DNA from: an uncultured Alphaproteobacteria bacterium
GTDB lineage: Bacteria > Pseudomonadota > Alphaproteobacteria > RF32 > CAG-239
Direction: 5' to 3'
DNA: 64,000 nucleotides
Assembly: GCA_944393685.1 (NCBI GenBank)
Contig: CALYAW010000008.1
Coordinates: forward strand, 772 to 64,771
The notes under the pieces are model-generated. The model was given only the letters and a program-made list of their open reading frames with translations, was not told where the DNA came from and ran no database searches. This document shows, piece after piece, positions 10,274-20,672 of this stretch. How positions within the stretch are numbered: the first letter of the stretch is position 1; the number at the start of each line of letters is the position of its first letter. The translations under genes and the position numbers were made by a program.

Positions 10274-10633
10274 TTATTTGCTTAAAGAAGCCTTTGCCTG
10301 GTCAACCAGTTTTGCGAAAGTTTCGGGCTCTTTAACAGCGATATCAGCCAATACTTTACGATCAAGCTCGACACCGGCTAAGGCGAGCCCGTTCATAAAT
10401 CGGGAGTATGTCATATCATGCAAACGGGTTGCAGCATTGATACGTTGAATCCACAAAGCGCGGAAATTTCTTTTTTTGGCTCTTCTGTCGCGATAAGCAT
10501 ATTGCAGAGCTTTTTCAACTTTTTCAACAGCAACTCTAAAAACATTTTTGTTACGTCCTCTGTAGCCTTTAGCCATTGAGAGAACTTTTTTATGACGAGC
10601 GTGAGCGGTCATACCTCTTTTCATACGAGACAT
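10274..10633 (-). CDS. rplT: 50S ribosomal protein L20
   Basis: [25 protein letters not shown]. Confidence 0.98.
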   Translation of the reverse strand: MSRMKRGMTAHARHKKVLSMAKGYRGRNKNVFRVAVEKVEKALQYAYRDRRAKKRNFRALWIQRINAATRLHDMTYSRFMNGLALAGVELDRKVLADIAVKEPETFAKLVDQAKASLSK

Positions 10634-10646
10634 CTTTCACTTCCCC

Positions 10647-10844
10647 TTACAAATATGGTAAAAACTTTTTGATAATTTTGACATCAACGCTAGCCAACAA
10701 AGTAGCTCCGCGAGCTTGTCTTTTCATCTTTTGAGATTTGCAAAAGAGGCAGTGTCTCTTGAAAGCAAAATTTCTTTTTAATTTTCCGGTACCGGTAACG
10801 CTAAAACGTTTTTTAACGGCACTTTTAGTTTTCATTTTAGGCAT
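10647..10844 (-). CDS. rpmI: 50S ribosomal protein L35
   Basis: [14 protein letters not shown]; upstream of rplT. Confidence 0.97.
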   Translation of the reverse strand: MPKMKTKSAVKKRFSVTGTGKLKRNFAFKRHCLFCKSQKMKRQARGATLLASVDVKIIKKFLPYL

Positions 10845-11029
10845 TTTAATCCCTTTCTAACATCAAAATTAAGTTGGATTTTAGCGATTCGTCAGGCATG
10901 CCAATTAGCTCTGAACAAATCGGTTCGGGGTGTCTTATACAACCAAATTCTCTAAATTGCAAGTATTTTATTCATAAGAAACAAATCAATCAACTCGTTT
11001 ATTTTTTAATACAATAAAATATTTTACAA

Positions 11030-11060
11030 AGAAGCCGTCATTTCATCAATGACGGCTTCT
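11030..11060 (-). terminator. Terminator hairpin after the Cys-rich gene
   Basis: agaagccgtcatt/aatgacggcttct inverted repeat. Confidence 0.65.
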
Positions 11061-11079
11061 AGAAGCAGAGCTGTTGTTA

Positions 11080-12120
11080 TTAAAAACTACCATCCCAAAA
11101 ACATTTTACAGCACCGTTACACCAATATGTTTCAAGGTCTATATAACCGGTGTTACATGTGCCATATTTATAGTAGTTTGTAGTATCACCACATCCCGGC
11201 TGACAAGCAGTCCCACAGTTTGCATTGGCAGGACAAGACGTCTGCGTGTAACCTTCTGCCTTACAATCACGTTTGGTGCAAACAGTACCTTTTTCACACT
11301 TGGAAGCGCAATCAGCCCAATATTTATCACATCCATACTCTGTTTTATTATCAGAGCGATTACGACAGTTGTCTGGCCAACATTCGGCACATTTTGAAGT
11401 ACAAATTGTGCTGGACGTCGTTTTACATCCATATTTACAACTGGAAACCAACGGATGATTATAAAGATGGCAATCATCCGTATAACAAGAGCTGGCAAGA
11501 CACTTCTGACAGTTAGCATCTACATAGCTCGGACATCCCCATTTACAAGAAGCATCACCTTTGTCAACAAGATTAGAATATTTCCAGCATGTATCCGCGT
11601 AACATTTTTTGTAGTGAACCTTGTTAGCGGGCTTATCGGAACAAGTCCCTTGCGCCGTATCTGGAAATTTACAAGTTGTTCCATTAATAACGTAAGGAAA
11701 GACATCTGTTTTACAGAGGCATTGAGTACCACGTTGCATTGTATCGGAACAAAGCGTTCCTCCCAACTTATAGTTTCCATTACAATTGCTGGTATTATAA
11801 ATAAACTTGCTGGGATCACACTTACAGTTACCTACACAGTTCTTATTAATAACGGCATTAGGATAAGGAGTACAAATTTGTCCTGACGGGATTTCACTGG
11901 GAGCCAACAAAGGATTACCTGCACTATCTTTAAATTTGGAACACTCCGTTGCAGGACGCGGCGGGGTTCCGCCACTTTCGTTCACTCTGTTTCGATATGT
12001 ATTTGGAATTTTTTCCATGTATTCAGGAAGGAACCATGTTTTTGCCATAGCTTCATGTAAATAGCAAAAAATTCCCAATACAGCGAGGCATACTGACAGC
12101 AATCCCAGTCTTTTGCTCAT
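11080..12120 (-). CDS. Secreted, very Cys-rich hypothetical protein
   Basis: Signal peptide (…HEAMA/KTWFLP), dense Cys, repeated C(K/E)YGC…C..KC..C units; RBS GAGGAG. Confidence 0.75.
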   Translation of the reverse strand: MSKRLGLLSVCLAVLGIFCYLHEAMAKTWFLPEYMEKIPNTYRNRVNESGGTPPRPATECSKFKDSAGNPLLAPSEIPSGQICTPYPNAVINKNCVGNCKCDPSKFIYNTSNCNGNYKLGGTLCSDTMQRGTQCLCKTDVFPYVINGTTCKFPDTAQGTCSDKPANKVHYKKCYADTCWKYSNLVDKGDASCKWGCPSYVDANCQKCLASSCYTDDCHLYNHPLVSSCKYGCKTTSSTICTSKCAECWPDNCRNRSDNKTEYGCDKYWADCASKCEKGTVCTKRDCKAEGYTQTSCPANANCGTACQPGCGDTTNYYKYGTCNTGYIDLETYWCNGAVKCFWDGSF

Positions 12121-12155
12121 GATAATTACTCCTCAAAAAGACACTACTTATAAAT

Positions 12156-12184
12156 ATTGTATTACAAAGCTAAATTTGTGTCAA
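12156..12184 (-). promoter_or_regulatory. sigma70-type promoter
   Basis: Minus strand TTGACA-N17-TACAAT. Confidence 0.65.
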
Positions 12185-12290
12185 CAACTATACCCTGCCG
12201 ACAAAAAATTATACACATCACAACGCAGACCTGCTTGTAATAAAAACGAAACAACACTATAAAAATTATAACTGTCATGGAGAAAAACAA

Positions 12291-13538
12291 ATGTTATTTT
12301 CTAAATTTGAACGCCTTGTGGCCGGAAGATATCTGAGAGCAAAACGTAAGGAAGGATTTATTTCCGTCATTACCGGTTTTGCTTTTACTGGTATTGCGCT
12401 TGGTGTTGCCACCCTAATCATTGTAATGTCTGTCATGAATGGGTTTCGACACGAATTATTATCAAGGATATTAGGCATTAACGGACACATTGGTCTTATG
12501 TCTCCACTTGGCTATCCTTTCAACAACTATCAACAAGCCATCAAAGAACTATCCGAAATAGAACACGTCAGTCTTGTTATTCCAATGATAGAAAATCAAC
12601 TTTTGGCAAGTGCAGGAAAATCAGCGGAAGGAGCCATGGTTCGAGGAATAACAAAAGAAGATTTATTAAAAAAAACGATTCTAAAAAATGGTGTCAAAAC
12701 GATTGATTTGAACGACTTTCAAAAAGATAATGTTATCATGGGTATTCGTTTGGCTCGCAAAATGGGAATAGTCCCCGGAGATAAAGTAACGTTGATATCA
12801 CCAAACGGGAAAGTAACAGCTTTTGGTACAGTCCCAAGAATGAAATCATACCAAGTTATTGGAACTTTTGATCTCGGTATGTATGAATATGATGCCAACT
12901 ATATTTTTATGCCATTGGACACAGCTCAAACATATTTTGGCTTAAAAGGTGCCGTTACCAATATTGATGTCACGCTTGATGATGAAAAAATGCTCTCACC
13001 CGTCAAAGAAAGTATTGAGCAAAGTGTTGGTGCCGGCGCCTATGTCTATGATTGGAAACAATCAAACGCTGCTTTTTTTAATGCCATAGATGTTGAGCGC
13101 AACGTGATGTTCCTGATTTTAACATTAATAATTTTGGTTGCCGCATTCAACATTATTACAGGATTAATAATGTTGGTAAAAGACAAAGGACGAGACATTG
13201 CCGTTTTAAGAACGATGGGAGCGACCAAAGGGATGATAATGCGTATCTTTTTTATGGATGGGGCTTTAATTGGCGTTGTCGGAACAACTTTAGGACTAAT
13301 TCTTGGACTTGTCTTTTGCCACAATATTGAAAGTATACGCCAAGGTCTGCAACATATGCTTGGACGCGATTTATTCTCGGCAGAAATCTATTTTCTGTCA
13401 CAATTGCCGGCAAAAGTTGACAATTTTGAGGTAATGATGGTTGTTGGAATCTCTTTACTTTTATCTTTCTTGGCAACCTTATATCCTGCATATAGAGCCG
13501 CTAAATTTGATCCGATGGAGGCCTTGCGCTATGAATAA
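12291..13538 (+). CDS. lolC: Lipoprotein-releasing ABC transporter permease LolC/E
   Basis: GIALGVATLIIVMSVMNGF, DIAVLRTMGA, ATLYPA…P.EALRYE. Confidence 0.93.
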   Translation: MLFSKFERLVAGRYLRAKRKEGFISVITGFAFTGIALGVATLIIVMSVMNGFRHELLSRILGINGHIGLMSPLGYPFNNYQQAIKELSEIEHVSLVIPMIENQLLASAGKSAEGAMVRGITKEDLLKKTILKNGVKTIDLNDFQKDNVIMGIRLARKMGIVPGDKVTLISPNGKVTAFGTVPRMKSYQVIGTFDLGMYEYDANYIFMPLDTAQTYFGLKGAVTNIDVTLDDEKMLSPVKESIEQSVGAGAYVYDWKQSNAAFFNAIDVERNVMFLILTLIILVAAFNIITGLIMLVKDKGRDIAVLRTMGATKGMIMRIFFMDGALIGVVGTTLGLILGLVFCHNIESIRQGLQHMLGRDLFSAEIYFLSQLPAKVDNFEVMMVVGISLLLSFLATLYPAYRAAKFDPMEALRYE

Positions 13539-14256
13539 ACAAAATGCACCAACCATAGAACTCAAAAACGTCTATCGTTCATTCAAACAAGGAAACCAGA
13601 CACTGGAAGTTCTAAAAGGAATAAATTTGGACATTGAGAAAGGAGAAATCATTGCTCTTATCGGTCCATCCGGAGCTGGTAAATCCACTTTATTACAAAT
13701 TGCCGGCTTGCTAGAAAAACCGACCAAAGGAGAAATATACATCGAGGGGCAAAAATGCAGCAAATTAAATGATACCATGCGCACAATGTTGCGCCGAGAC
13801 TATCTCGGATTTGTCTACCAATACCATAATCTCTTGCCTGATTTCAACGCAACCGAAAATGTCATGATGCCCCAATTAATTGCCGGTATCAAACCCAAGA
13901 TTGCACGTGAAAAATCCGAATGGCTGCTTTCAAAACTTGGTTTATCCAAACGTTTTAAGCATCGACCGGCAGAGCTTTCGGGAGGTGAGCAACAACGAGT
14001 GGCCATAGCACGCGCTTTGGCAAATACCCCTAAGCTGTTATTAGCTGATGAGCCTACCGGAAATCTTGACCCTAAAACATCCGAAACCGTTTTTTCAGAA
14101 TTGCTCTCAATTGTTAAAGAAACCGGGTTATCCGCTCTGATTGCGACACACAACCATGATTTGGCCAACCAGATGGACAGAAAAGTTGAGCTTGAAGACG
14201 GAAAACTTCTTGATTTACGAGCCAGCTTAAGTATTAGCAAAGAAAATTTTTACTAA
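13531..14256 (+). CDS. lolD: Lipoprotein-releasing ABC transporter ATPase
   Basis: GPSGAGKST, LSGGEQQRVAIARAL, ADEPTGNLD; ATG 13531 overlaps the lolC stop. Confidence 0.93.
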   Translation: MNKQNAPTIELKNVYRSFKQGNQTLEVLKGINLDIEKGEIIALIGPSGAGKSTLLQIAGLLEKPTKGEIYIEGQKCSKLNDTMRTMLRRDYLGFVYQYHNLLPDFNATENVMMPQLIAGIKPKIAREKSEWLLSKLGLSKRFKHRPAELSGGEQQRVAIARALANTPKLLLADEPTGNLDPKTSETVFSELLSIVKETGLSALIATHNHDLANQMDRKVELEDGKLLDLRASLSISKENFY

Positions 14257-14325
14257 AAACCATCTATAACAAAAGACCGGATTCAATAATGTGCATCCGG
14301 CCTTTTGTTATAATCTCACAGCAAA

Positions 14326-15519
14326 CTATTTATCTGACAAATGAGCTTTTTTAACAGTATCTTGAGCGATAACCAATTCTTCGTTAGTCGGAATAACAAA
14401 AGCACGAACTTTTGAGCCGGACTTGGTAATTTCAATAGTTTCACCACGCTTATTATTATTCTCTTCATCAAGCTCAATTCCAAGATAGCTCAAGCGTTCC
14501 AAAAGCATCTTGCGCAAAATCGGAGAATTCTCACCGACACCGGCGGTAAAGACTATAGCATCAACACCACCCATTGCAGCAATATAACTACCAATAAAGC
14601 GCAAAATAGCATAAGCATAAACATTCATGGCATCAACAGCGCGAACATCGCCTTTCAAATAGGCGGCCTCCACATCTCTCATATCAGAAAAACCGCACAA
14701 ACCTTGCATTCCACTTTGTTTATTAAGAAGTTTATTAACCTCATCAACCGACTTATTCTGATATTTCATAATATGCAAAGGAATATACGGATCTATATCC
14801 CCGGAACGAGTTCCCATAACCACACCGGCCAAAGGCGTAAAGCCCATAGATGTATCAATACATTTGCCATCTTTAACAGCAGAGATTGATGCGCCGTTTC
14901 CAATATGGCAAGTAATAATTTTTTTGCCTTTTCCGATAATTTTTGCAGCCTCTTGTGAAACATACAAATGAGAGGTTCCATGAGCACCATAACGGCGAAT
15001 TTGGTGAGAAGTATACTGTTCCAAAGGCAAGCCATATAAGAAAGCCTCCTTAGGCATAGTCTGATGGAAAGCCGTATCAAACACTGTTACCTGAGGCACA
15101 TTTGGCAAAGCCGCTTTCACAGCTTTTAATCCAAGAACAGCCGCAGGATTATGTAAAGGAGCCAAAGTTGACAATTCATCAATTTGATCAATAACCTCGT
15201 CTGTCACCAACGTAGATTCCTTGAAGATTTCACCGCCATGTACAACACGATGTCCTACAGCGGCAATTTCGTCCAAGCTACTAATGGCTCCGTTCAACAA
15301 TAGAGCAAAGACTTCTCTTAGAGCCTCATTATGTGTTGGCAAATCGACATTAACCGTCTTTTTCTCTCCTGTGGCCAAATACTTGATACTGACGCAAGAA
15401 TCATTAATACCAATACGTTCGGCCAAACCTTTGGCAATTACCTCATATTTATCGCCGTTAACATCAAACAATTGATACTTAAGAGAAGAAGATCCTGAAT
15501 TTAATACTAAAATTTTCAT
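14326..15519 (-). CDS. ackA: Acetate kinase
   Basis: LVLNSGSSSLKY, GHRVVHGG, FDTAFHQT, IPTNEEL. Confidence 0.97.
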   Translation of the reverse strand: MKILVLNSGSSSLKYQLFDVNGDKYEVIAKGLAERIGINDSCVSIKYLATGEKKTVNVDLPTHNEALREVFALLLNGAISSLDEIAAVGHRVVHGGEIFKESTLVTDEVIDQIDELSTLAPLHNPAAVLGLKAVKAALPNVPQVTVFDTAFHQTMPKEAFLYGLPLEQYTSHQIRRYGAHGTSHLYVSQEAAKIIGKGKKIITCHIGNGASISAVKDGKCIDTSMGFTPLAGVVMGTRSGDIDPYIPLHIMKYQNKSVDEVNKLLNKQSGMQGLCGFSDMRDVEAAYLKGDVRAVDAMNVYAYAILRFIGSYIAAMGGVDAIVFTAGVGENSPILRKMLLERLSYLGIELDEENNNKRGETIEITKSGSKVRAFVIPTNEELVIAQDTVKKAHLSDK

Positions 15520-15530
15520 CAAATTTATCC

Positions 15531-16538
15531 TTATTTCTGGGTTTGCAAAACGGTAATAGCTATAACACCGACAATATCTTCGGCAAAACAGCCTCGAGAT
15601 AAATCATTAATCGGAGCGTTCAATCCTTGCAACAAAGGACCATACATTTCAGCTCCGCCCAAACGTTGCAAAAGTTTATAACCAATATTTCCTGCTTCAA
15701 TGTTTGGAAAAATCAGTACATTAGCTTGGCCGGCGACATTCGAACTGGGAGCTTTTTTCTTTGCTACAACAGCATCAAGGGCGGCATCAACTTGCAATTC
15801 ACCGTCTAAATTGACCTTCAAAGATGCGTATTCTTGATTTTTGAGAGCCTCTTTTGCCATAGCGGTAGCTTCTCTGACTTTATCTGCCCCCTCTCCTTTA
15901 CCGGAACCGTATGTAGAATAAGATAACATTGCAATATTAGGTTCATCACCGAATTGAACCACACTTTCGGCGCTGCTCAAAGCAATATCAACCAATTCTT
16001 TAACTGTTGGATTAATATTAATGGCACAATCAGACAAATAATATGTTTTACCGTTTTGAGCCACCATAATAAACAAAGCGGAAACCACCCGATCTTTATG
16101 CGCAGATTTAATAATTTGCAAAGCCGGACGAACTGTATCCGCGGTTGAATGATTAGCTCCTGACACCATTCCATCGGCATCACCCGCTTTAATCATCAAA
16201 GTTGCAAAATAATTAGGTATCAAAACAGTTTTGGCAGCTTCTTCTTCAGTCATACCTTTTTCCTTCCGAAGTTCAAAAAGCAGTTTTGCATACTCTTTGA
16301 GCTTTGGAGATTGAAGGGGATCTAGAAGTTCAATGCCCTCAAGAGACCAATTTTGTTTTTCAAAATAAGCCTTAATCTCGTTTGGATTTCCTAAAATAAT
16401 TAATTTTGCGATTTTACGAACGGCGGCTTCATGTGCTGCTTGCAAAACACGTTCATCCTCGCCTTCCGGTAATACAATTGTTTTATTGAGTTTTCCGGCT
16501 TTTTCTATAAGATTTTCAATATATGGACTGATTTTCAT
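15531..16538 (-). CDS. pta: Phosphate acetyltransferase (short form)
   Basis: IVLPEGED, DGELQVDAA, GNIGYKL, NDLSRG. Confidence 0.96.
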   Translation of the reverse strand: MKISPYIENLIEKAGKLNKTIVLPEGEDERVLQAAHEAAVRKIAKLIILGNPNEIKAYFEKQNWSLEGIELLDPLQSPKLKEYAKLLFELRKEKGMTEEEAAKTVLIPNYFATLMIKAGDADGMVSGANHSTADTVRPALQIIKSAHKDRVVSALFIMVAQNGKTYYLSDCAININPTVKELVDIALSSAESVVQFGDEPNIAMLSYSTYGSGKGEGADKVREATAMAKEALKNQEYASLKVNLDGELQVDAALDAVVAKKKAPSSNVAGQANVLIFPNIEAGNIGYKLLQRLGGAEMYGPLLQGLNAPINDLSRGCFAEDIVGVIAITVLQTQK

Positions 16539-16672
16539 AATGACTTCCTTTACCTTTTATTAATTATTTTTTATAAAGGTTTACACTCTTCATCTCGAAA
16601 AGTCAAAATATCTTTTGATTCTTTAGACAAAGTATTATATCTTGAAAAAAAATCACAAATCAGGGAGATTTT

Positions 16673-17092
16673 ATGATGGGAAGAACATTGTCAATTATTA
16701 AACCGGATGCGACCACTCGTAATATCACGGGTAAAGTAAACACCATGATTGAGGATGCCGGTCTTAAGATTATTGCTCAAAAGCTGATTCGTCTTACCCC
16801 TTCTCAGGCCGAAGAATTTTACTCAGAGCATAAAGACAAAGCCTTTTTCACCAGCTTAATTGACTTTATGACATCAGCTCCGGTTGTTGTACAAGTTCTT
16901 GAAGGAGAAGATGCCGTCACCCGCTATCGCAAGATTATGGGCGCCACCAATCCGGCAGTTGCCGAAGAAGGAACCATTCGAAAAACCTATGCCTTATCAA
17001 TCGATAAGAACACTGTTCACGGCTCCGATTCTCAAGAAAGTGCCAAACGAGAGGTTAGCTTTTTCTTTAGTGAAACAGAAATTTGTGAATAA
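16673..17092 (+). CDS. ndk: Nucleoside diphosphate kinase
   Basis: [24 protein letters not shown]. Confidence 0.97.
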   Translation: MMGRTLSIIKPDATTRNITGKVNTMIEDAGLKIIAQKLIRLTPSQAEEFYSEHKDKAFFTSLIDFMTSAPVVVQVLEGEDAVTRYRKIMGATNPAVAEEGTIRKTYALSIDKNTVHGSDSQESAKREVSFFFSETEICE

Positions 17093-17103
17093 AGGAAGTA
17101 TCC

Positions 17104-18159
17104 GTGTCCAAAGTTATTCGTTTTTTTATATATTTATTAGTGTGTTTTCAGTTCATCGGAGCAGCATCTGCCGCAGATGAACGTTTCAGCGTAGATATCA
17201 ATGTTGATGTTACGGATGTCAACGCCTCAACCGCACGAGAAAAAGCCATGTCTGAAGCCAACAAAGCTGCTGTTTTGGCTGTAACGAAACGTATTTCAAC
17301 AGCAGACGGCGTTGCTCGCATGAGCACTCTAAATGAAAATCAGTTGGTCAACTTTATCAAAGAAGTATCCGTCATTGACGAAAAAACCTCTCCTATCCGC
17401 TACATTGCACATCTACGCATAGTTCTTAACGAAGACATACTCAAGCAATACATGAAAGAACGAGAAATTCCTTTATTATTAACCGGCAGCGGAAAGATTA
17501 TTGTCATTCCCGTTTTTAGAGAATTCAGCAGTGACAAACCTTTATTGTGGGAAAGCACCAATCTTTGGAAAGCTGCATGGAATAATTCTGAAAACATCTC
17601 AGCAATAAGCATTATTCCCATTCAAGATAATGCCTTCAATTATGCCACTATCAATGCAGAAAAAGCTCTTGCTCTGGATGGTGAAGCTCTTTCCAAGCTT
17701 ATCAGAGCCCACAATGCCTCTGACGCCTATGTTCTTGATGCCACTTATGACGGAATAGATGGACTGATTATTCATGCCGTTTCATACGGAGGGGATAGTA
17801 GAACAATCAGAGTTCCAGGTTCTCGCAGTTCCGGAGAAATTTTATTTTCCAATGCTGTAAATGCCGTAAAAAAACAACTTGAAAATCATGTTTCCGCTCA
17901 AACGATTAGTGAAAACTCTCTTGAAAATTCTATAACTGTACTTTATAGTTTTTCACGATTATCCGAATGGGTTGCGGCAGAAAAAGCCTTATCTGACACT
18001 CCCATCATAAACGAAGTCACGCTTCAGGCTTTTGCCAACAATCGCGCCCAAATAAAATTAACTTATGTAGGAACGGAAAACAAATTGATAAAATTGCTTA
18101 ATTCTCAAGGTTATACCCTCACCAATCAAGGTGCATACTACACACTCGAAAAATATTAA
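17104..18159 (+). CDS. Exported protein, DUF2066-like
   Basis: Signal peptide, VDVTDVNASTAREKA, LLWESTNLWKAAW; typical alphaproteobacterial position before an AI-2E gene. Confidence 0.65.
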   Translation: MSKVIRFFIYLLVCFQFIGAASAADERFSVDINVDVTDVNASTAREKAMSEANKAAVLAVTKRISTADGVARMSTLNENQLVNFIKEVSVIDEKTSPIRYIAHLRIVLNEDILKQYMKEREIPLLLTGSGKIIVIPVFREFSSDKPLLWESTNLWKAAWNNSENISAISIIPIQDNAFNYATINAEKALALDGEALSKLIRAHNASDAYVLDATYDGIDGLIIHAVSYGGDSRTIRVPGSRSSGEILFSNAVNAVKKQLENHVSAQTISENSLENSITVLYSFSRLSEWVAAEKALSDTPIINEVTLQAFANNRAQIKLTYVGTENKLIKLLNSQGYTLTNQGAYYTLEKY

Positions 18160-18171
18160 AAAGGAATACCC

Positions 18172-19236
18172 ATGCTTTCACATCGCCTTACCAACCGCAA
18201 CATGATTATTTGGCTCATAATATTTTGTATTTTTTGTGCGGCCGTTTATACACTGCGTTCCGTTTTACTTCCATTTGTAGCAGGTATTATCATAGGTTAT
18301 TTACTAGATCCATGGGCGAGTAAGATTGAAAAATGGGGAATTAATAGAACTTTAGCCTCTGTTCTTGTTATGATAATTCTGATTCTAATTCTTATTCCGT
18401 CATTAATTGCATTATTTAGCGTCATAGATAGTCAGGTAGGACACTTTATCAGCGTTGTTCCGCAGTATCTATCATCTTTTGCCAAAAAAATTGAACCTAT
18501 TTTTATCAGTTTGCAAGATCGTTTTCCCGCTCTTGAGCCAGAAAAAATTCGTGAATATCTCAATAGCAATATAAGCAACACGCTTAAACTTACCGGCAAA
18601 TTAGCTCGTCGTCTTATCACCGGAGGCTTCGCGCTGGTTAACATTTTATCTTTATTACTGATAACGCCAATCGTTGCTTTTTATATGTTGCGTGACTGGG
18701 ATAAATTCATTGCACAGGTTGATAGTCTCTTGCCAAAGAAATCAAAGAAATCCATAGAAAAACAAGCAAAAGAAATAGACAATATTCTCTCCTCATTCAT
18801 TCGCGGACAATTTTCGGTTTGTGTATTACTTGGTAGCTTTTATGCCATAGGGCTATATATTGTAGGACTTGATCTTGGAGTTTTAGTTGGTTTTTTAGCC
18901 GGTATCATCTCATTTATCCCGTATGTTGGCAGCATTACCGGCTTTTTAATCAGCATATTAATCGCCTTTGCGCAATTCGATTCTCTCATGCCAATTTTGC
19001 AAGTAGTTGGTGTTTTTGCAGTTGGACAATTTATAGAAGGCAACTTTTTAACACCCAATTTAGTTGGGGATTCTGTCGGCTTACATCCGGTATGGATAAT
19101 GTTTGCTTTACTTACGGGAGGTGTTTTACTAGGATTTTTAGGTTTAATGATAGCTGTTCCCGTAGCCGCCATCATTGGTGTTTTGACACGCCATGCCATA
19201 GAAAACTACAAAGAAAGCTCTCTCTACAAAGATTAG
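18172..19236 (+). CDS. AI-2E (PerM) family transporter
   Basis: LLPFVAG, FIPYVG, EGNFLTPNLVG, GLHPVW. Confidence 0.92.
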   Translation: MLSHRLTNRNMIIWLIIFCIFCAAVYTLRSVLLPFVAGIIIGYLLDPWASKIEKWGINRTLASVLVMIILILILIPSLIALFSVIDSQVGHFISVVPQYLSSFAKKIEPIFISLQDRFPALEPEKIREYLNSNISNTLKLTGKLARRLITGGFALVNILSLLLITPIVAFYMLRDWDKFIAQVDSLLPKKSKKSIEKQAKEIDNILSSFIRGQFSVCVLLGSFYAIGLYIVGLDLGVLVGFLAGIISFIPYVGSITGFLISILIAFAQFDSLMPILQVVGVFAVGQFIEGNFLTPNLVGDSVGLHPVWIMFALLTGGVLLGFLGLMIAVPVAAIIGVLTRHAIENYKESSLYKD

Positions 19237-19244
19237 AATTCTGC

Positions 19245-19273
19245 TTGCCATATTTTCAAAAAAATATTATGAT
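19245..19273 (+). promoter_or_regulatory. sigma70-type promoter
   Basis: TTGCCA-N17-TATGAT. Confidence 0.6.
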
Positions 19274-19412
19274 ATAAGAAGATGGTGTGAGGCCATCCGA
19301 GGTTTCGAAAGCCTTATAACTGTAGTCATGCAAAAAGACTTAAATATTTTTGCAAGGTTTTTTGTGTGAAAGCACGTATTTTTAACAGTTATATTGCTTA
19401 GACCAACTAAGG

Positions 19413-20633
19413 ATGACCAACATGACCAACACATTATATACACGCAATATTTGCGCCTATTCTCTATTTACATTTACATTTCTGGCAAGCGTTGCAGCGC
19501 AGGCTCAGACATGTGCCAAAGCCCCCTCATGCAGCGAGCTTGGCTATACCAAATCAGCATCACAATGTTCTGGCAAAACAATGCTTTATTGCCCGTTTGA
19601 TAAGACAAAAGTTTTTTGTGTAGACGAAATAACTTGTGCTTCTCTAGGCTTTACCGACACAATTTCAGAATGTCCGGGCGAATATACCCTCTGCCCGTCG
19701 GATTCAAGCAAAGGTAAATGTATCTTTGAGGCTTCTCCCGGTGATTTGAAATACTCTCTACGCACATCAGATCATAACGGTTGGCTTTTGTGTAACGGAA
19801 GAACTTACTCCTCCTCTCAATATCCAGAACTTTATACCGCAATTAGTGGTTCTTTTGGCGACAGGTTACCTAATTACTCCGGTTACTTCTTAAAAGGCGC
19901 CGCCACCACATCTGCCTCAACGTTTAAAACCTATCAACAGGCAGGTCTGCCTAATATTTATGCAACATTTGCAATCGTTGGTAAAAATGCTAATAATACA
20001 GGAATCTCTGATTATACTGGCGCCATCAAATTTGATAATTGGGGAAGTGCTGGATATGATTCGGGAAAATATAATTTATGGCAAGGACGAGCTATTTTGG
20101 ATGCCTCAACTTACAACTCCATTTATGGTCGTTCATCAACCGTTACTCCGCAAAACTACTCGGCGAATATCTTTATTTATGCCGGAAGGAAAAAAAGTTC
20201 TGCTCCTTCCTCTTGTTCTGCAGGAAATTTCTTTTACAGCGATGGCTCTTGTTCTTCGACATACACTTCGTCAAAAACTCTACTTGGTATGGTAAACACT
20301 GTATATAACTATTCTGACTATATGACAATAACATACGTATGGGGAGGAAACAAAACTGCTGCTAATCGCACCGCTGCAGATGCTGCGTGCCAAAGTCAAG
20401 GAGGAAGTTCAGCCTATACAGCTTGTGACCAACATGTTAAAAATTTTACATCTGTAAGCATTCCGTCTAATTCGGTCGTTGTTTCTCCCAACAGCTCCAC
20501 CAAAAAATATGTTCTCTGCTTTAATGAAAACAGTTACTTTACTTGTAATTCAAGTGGATGCACTCGTGGTGGAAGCAATTATACAGGAACAAAATATTAT
20601 TTCTGCTACAAAAGTGTTAACCTTTATAAATAA
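19413..20633 (+). CDS. Secreted Cys-rich tail-collar/fibre-tip protein with an extra C-terminal domain (paralog of 5761..6549)
   Basis: Shares APSCSELGYTKSASQCSGK, SLGFTDT.SECPGEY, HNGWLLCNG, TYQQAGLPNI and NSIYGRSSTVTPQNYS with 5761..6549. Confidence 0.78.
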   Translation: MTNMTNTLYTRNICAYSLFTFTFLASVAAQAQTCAKAPSCSELGYTKSASQCSGKTMLYCPFDKTKVFCVDEITCASLGFTDTISECPGEYTLCPSDSSKGKCIFEASPGDLKYSLRTSDHNGWLLCNGRTYSSSQYPELYTAISGSFGDRLPNYSGYFLKGAATTSASTFKTYQQAGLPNIYATFAIVGKNANNTGISDYTGAIKFDNWGSAGYDSGKYNLWQGRAILDASTYNSIYGRSSTVTPQNYSANIFIYAGRKKSSAPSSCSAGNFFYSDGSCSSTYTSSKTLLGMVNTVYNYSDYMTITYVWGGNKTAANRTAADAACQSQGGSSAYTACDQHVKNFTSVSIPSNSVVVSPNSSTKKYVLCFNENSYFTCNSSGCTRGGSNYTGTKYYFCYKSVNLYK

Positions 20634-20638
20634 ACAAG

Positions 20639-20671
20639 ACTTAACCCCGGAAGCAATTCCGGGGTTAATAT
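20639..20671. terminator. Hairpin between convergent genes
   Basis: ttaaccccggaa-gcaa-ttccggggttaa. Confidence 0.7.
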
Positions 20672-20672
20672 T

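Noticed and set aside
19278-19320. Fluoride or c-di-GMP riboswitch
   Set aside because: Only superficial similarity (GATGG…CCATC, CGAAAG); the remaining consensus elements are missing, so it is kept only as an unassigned leader
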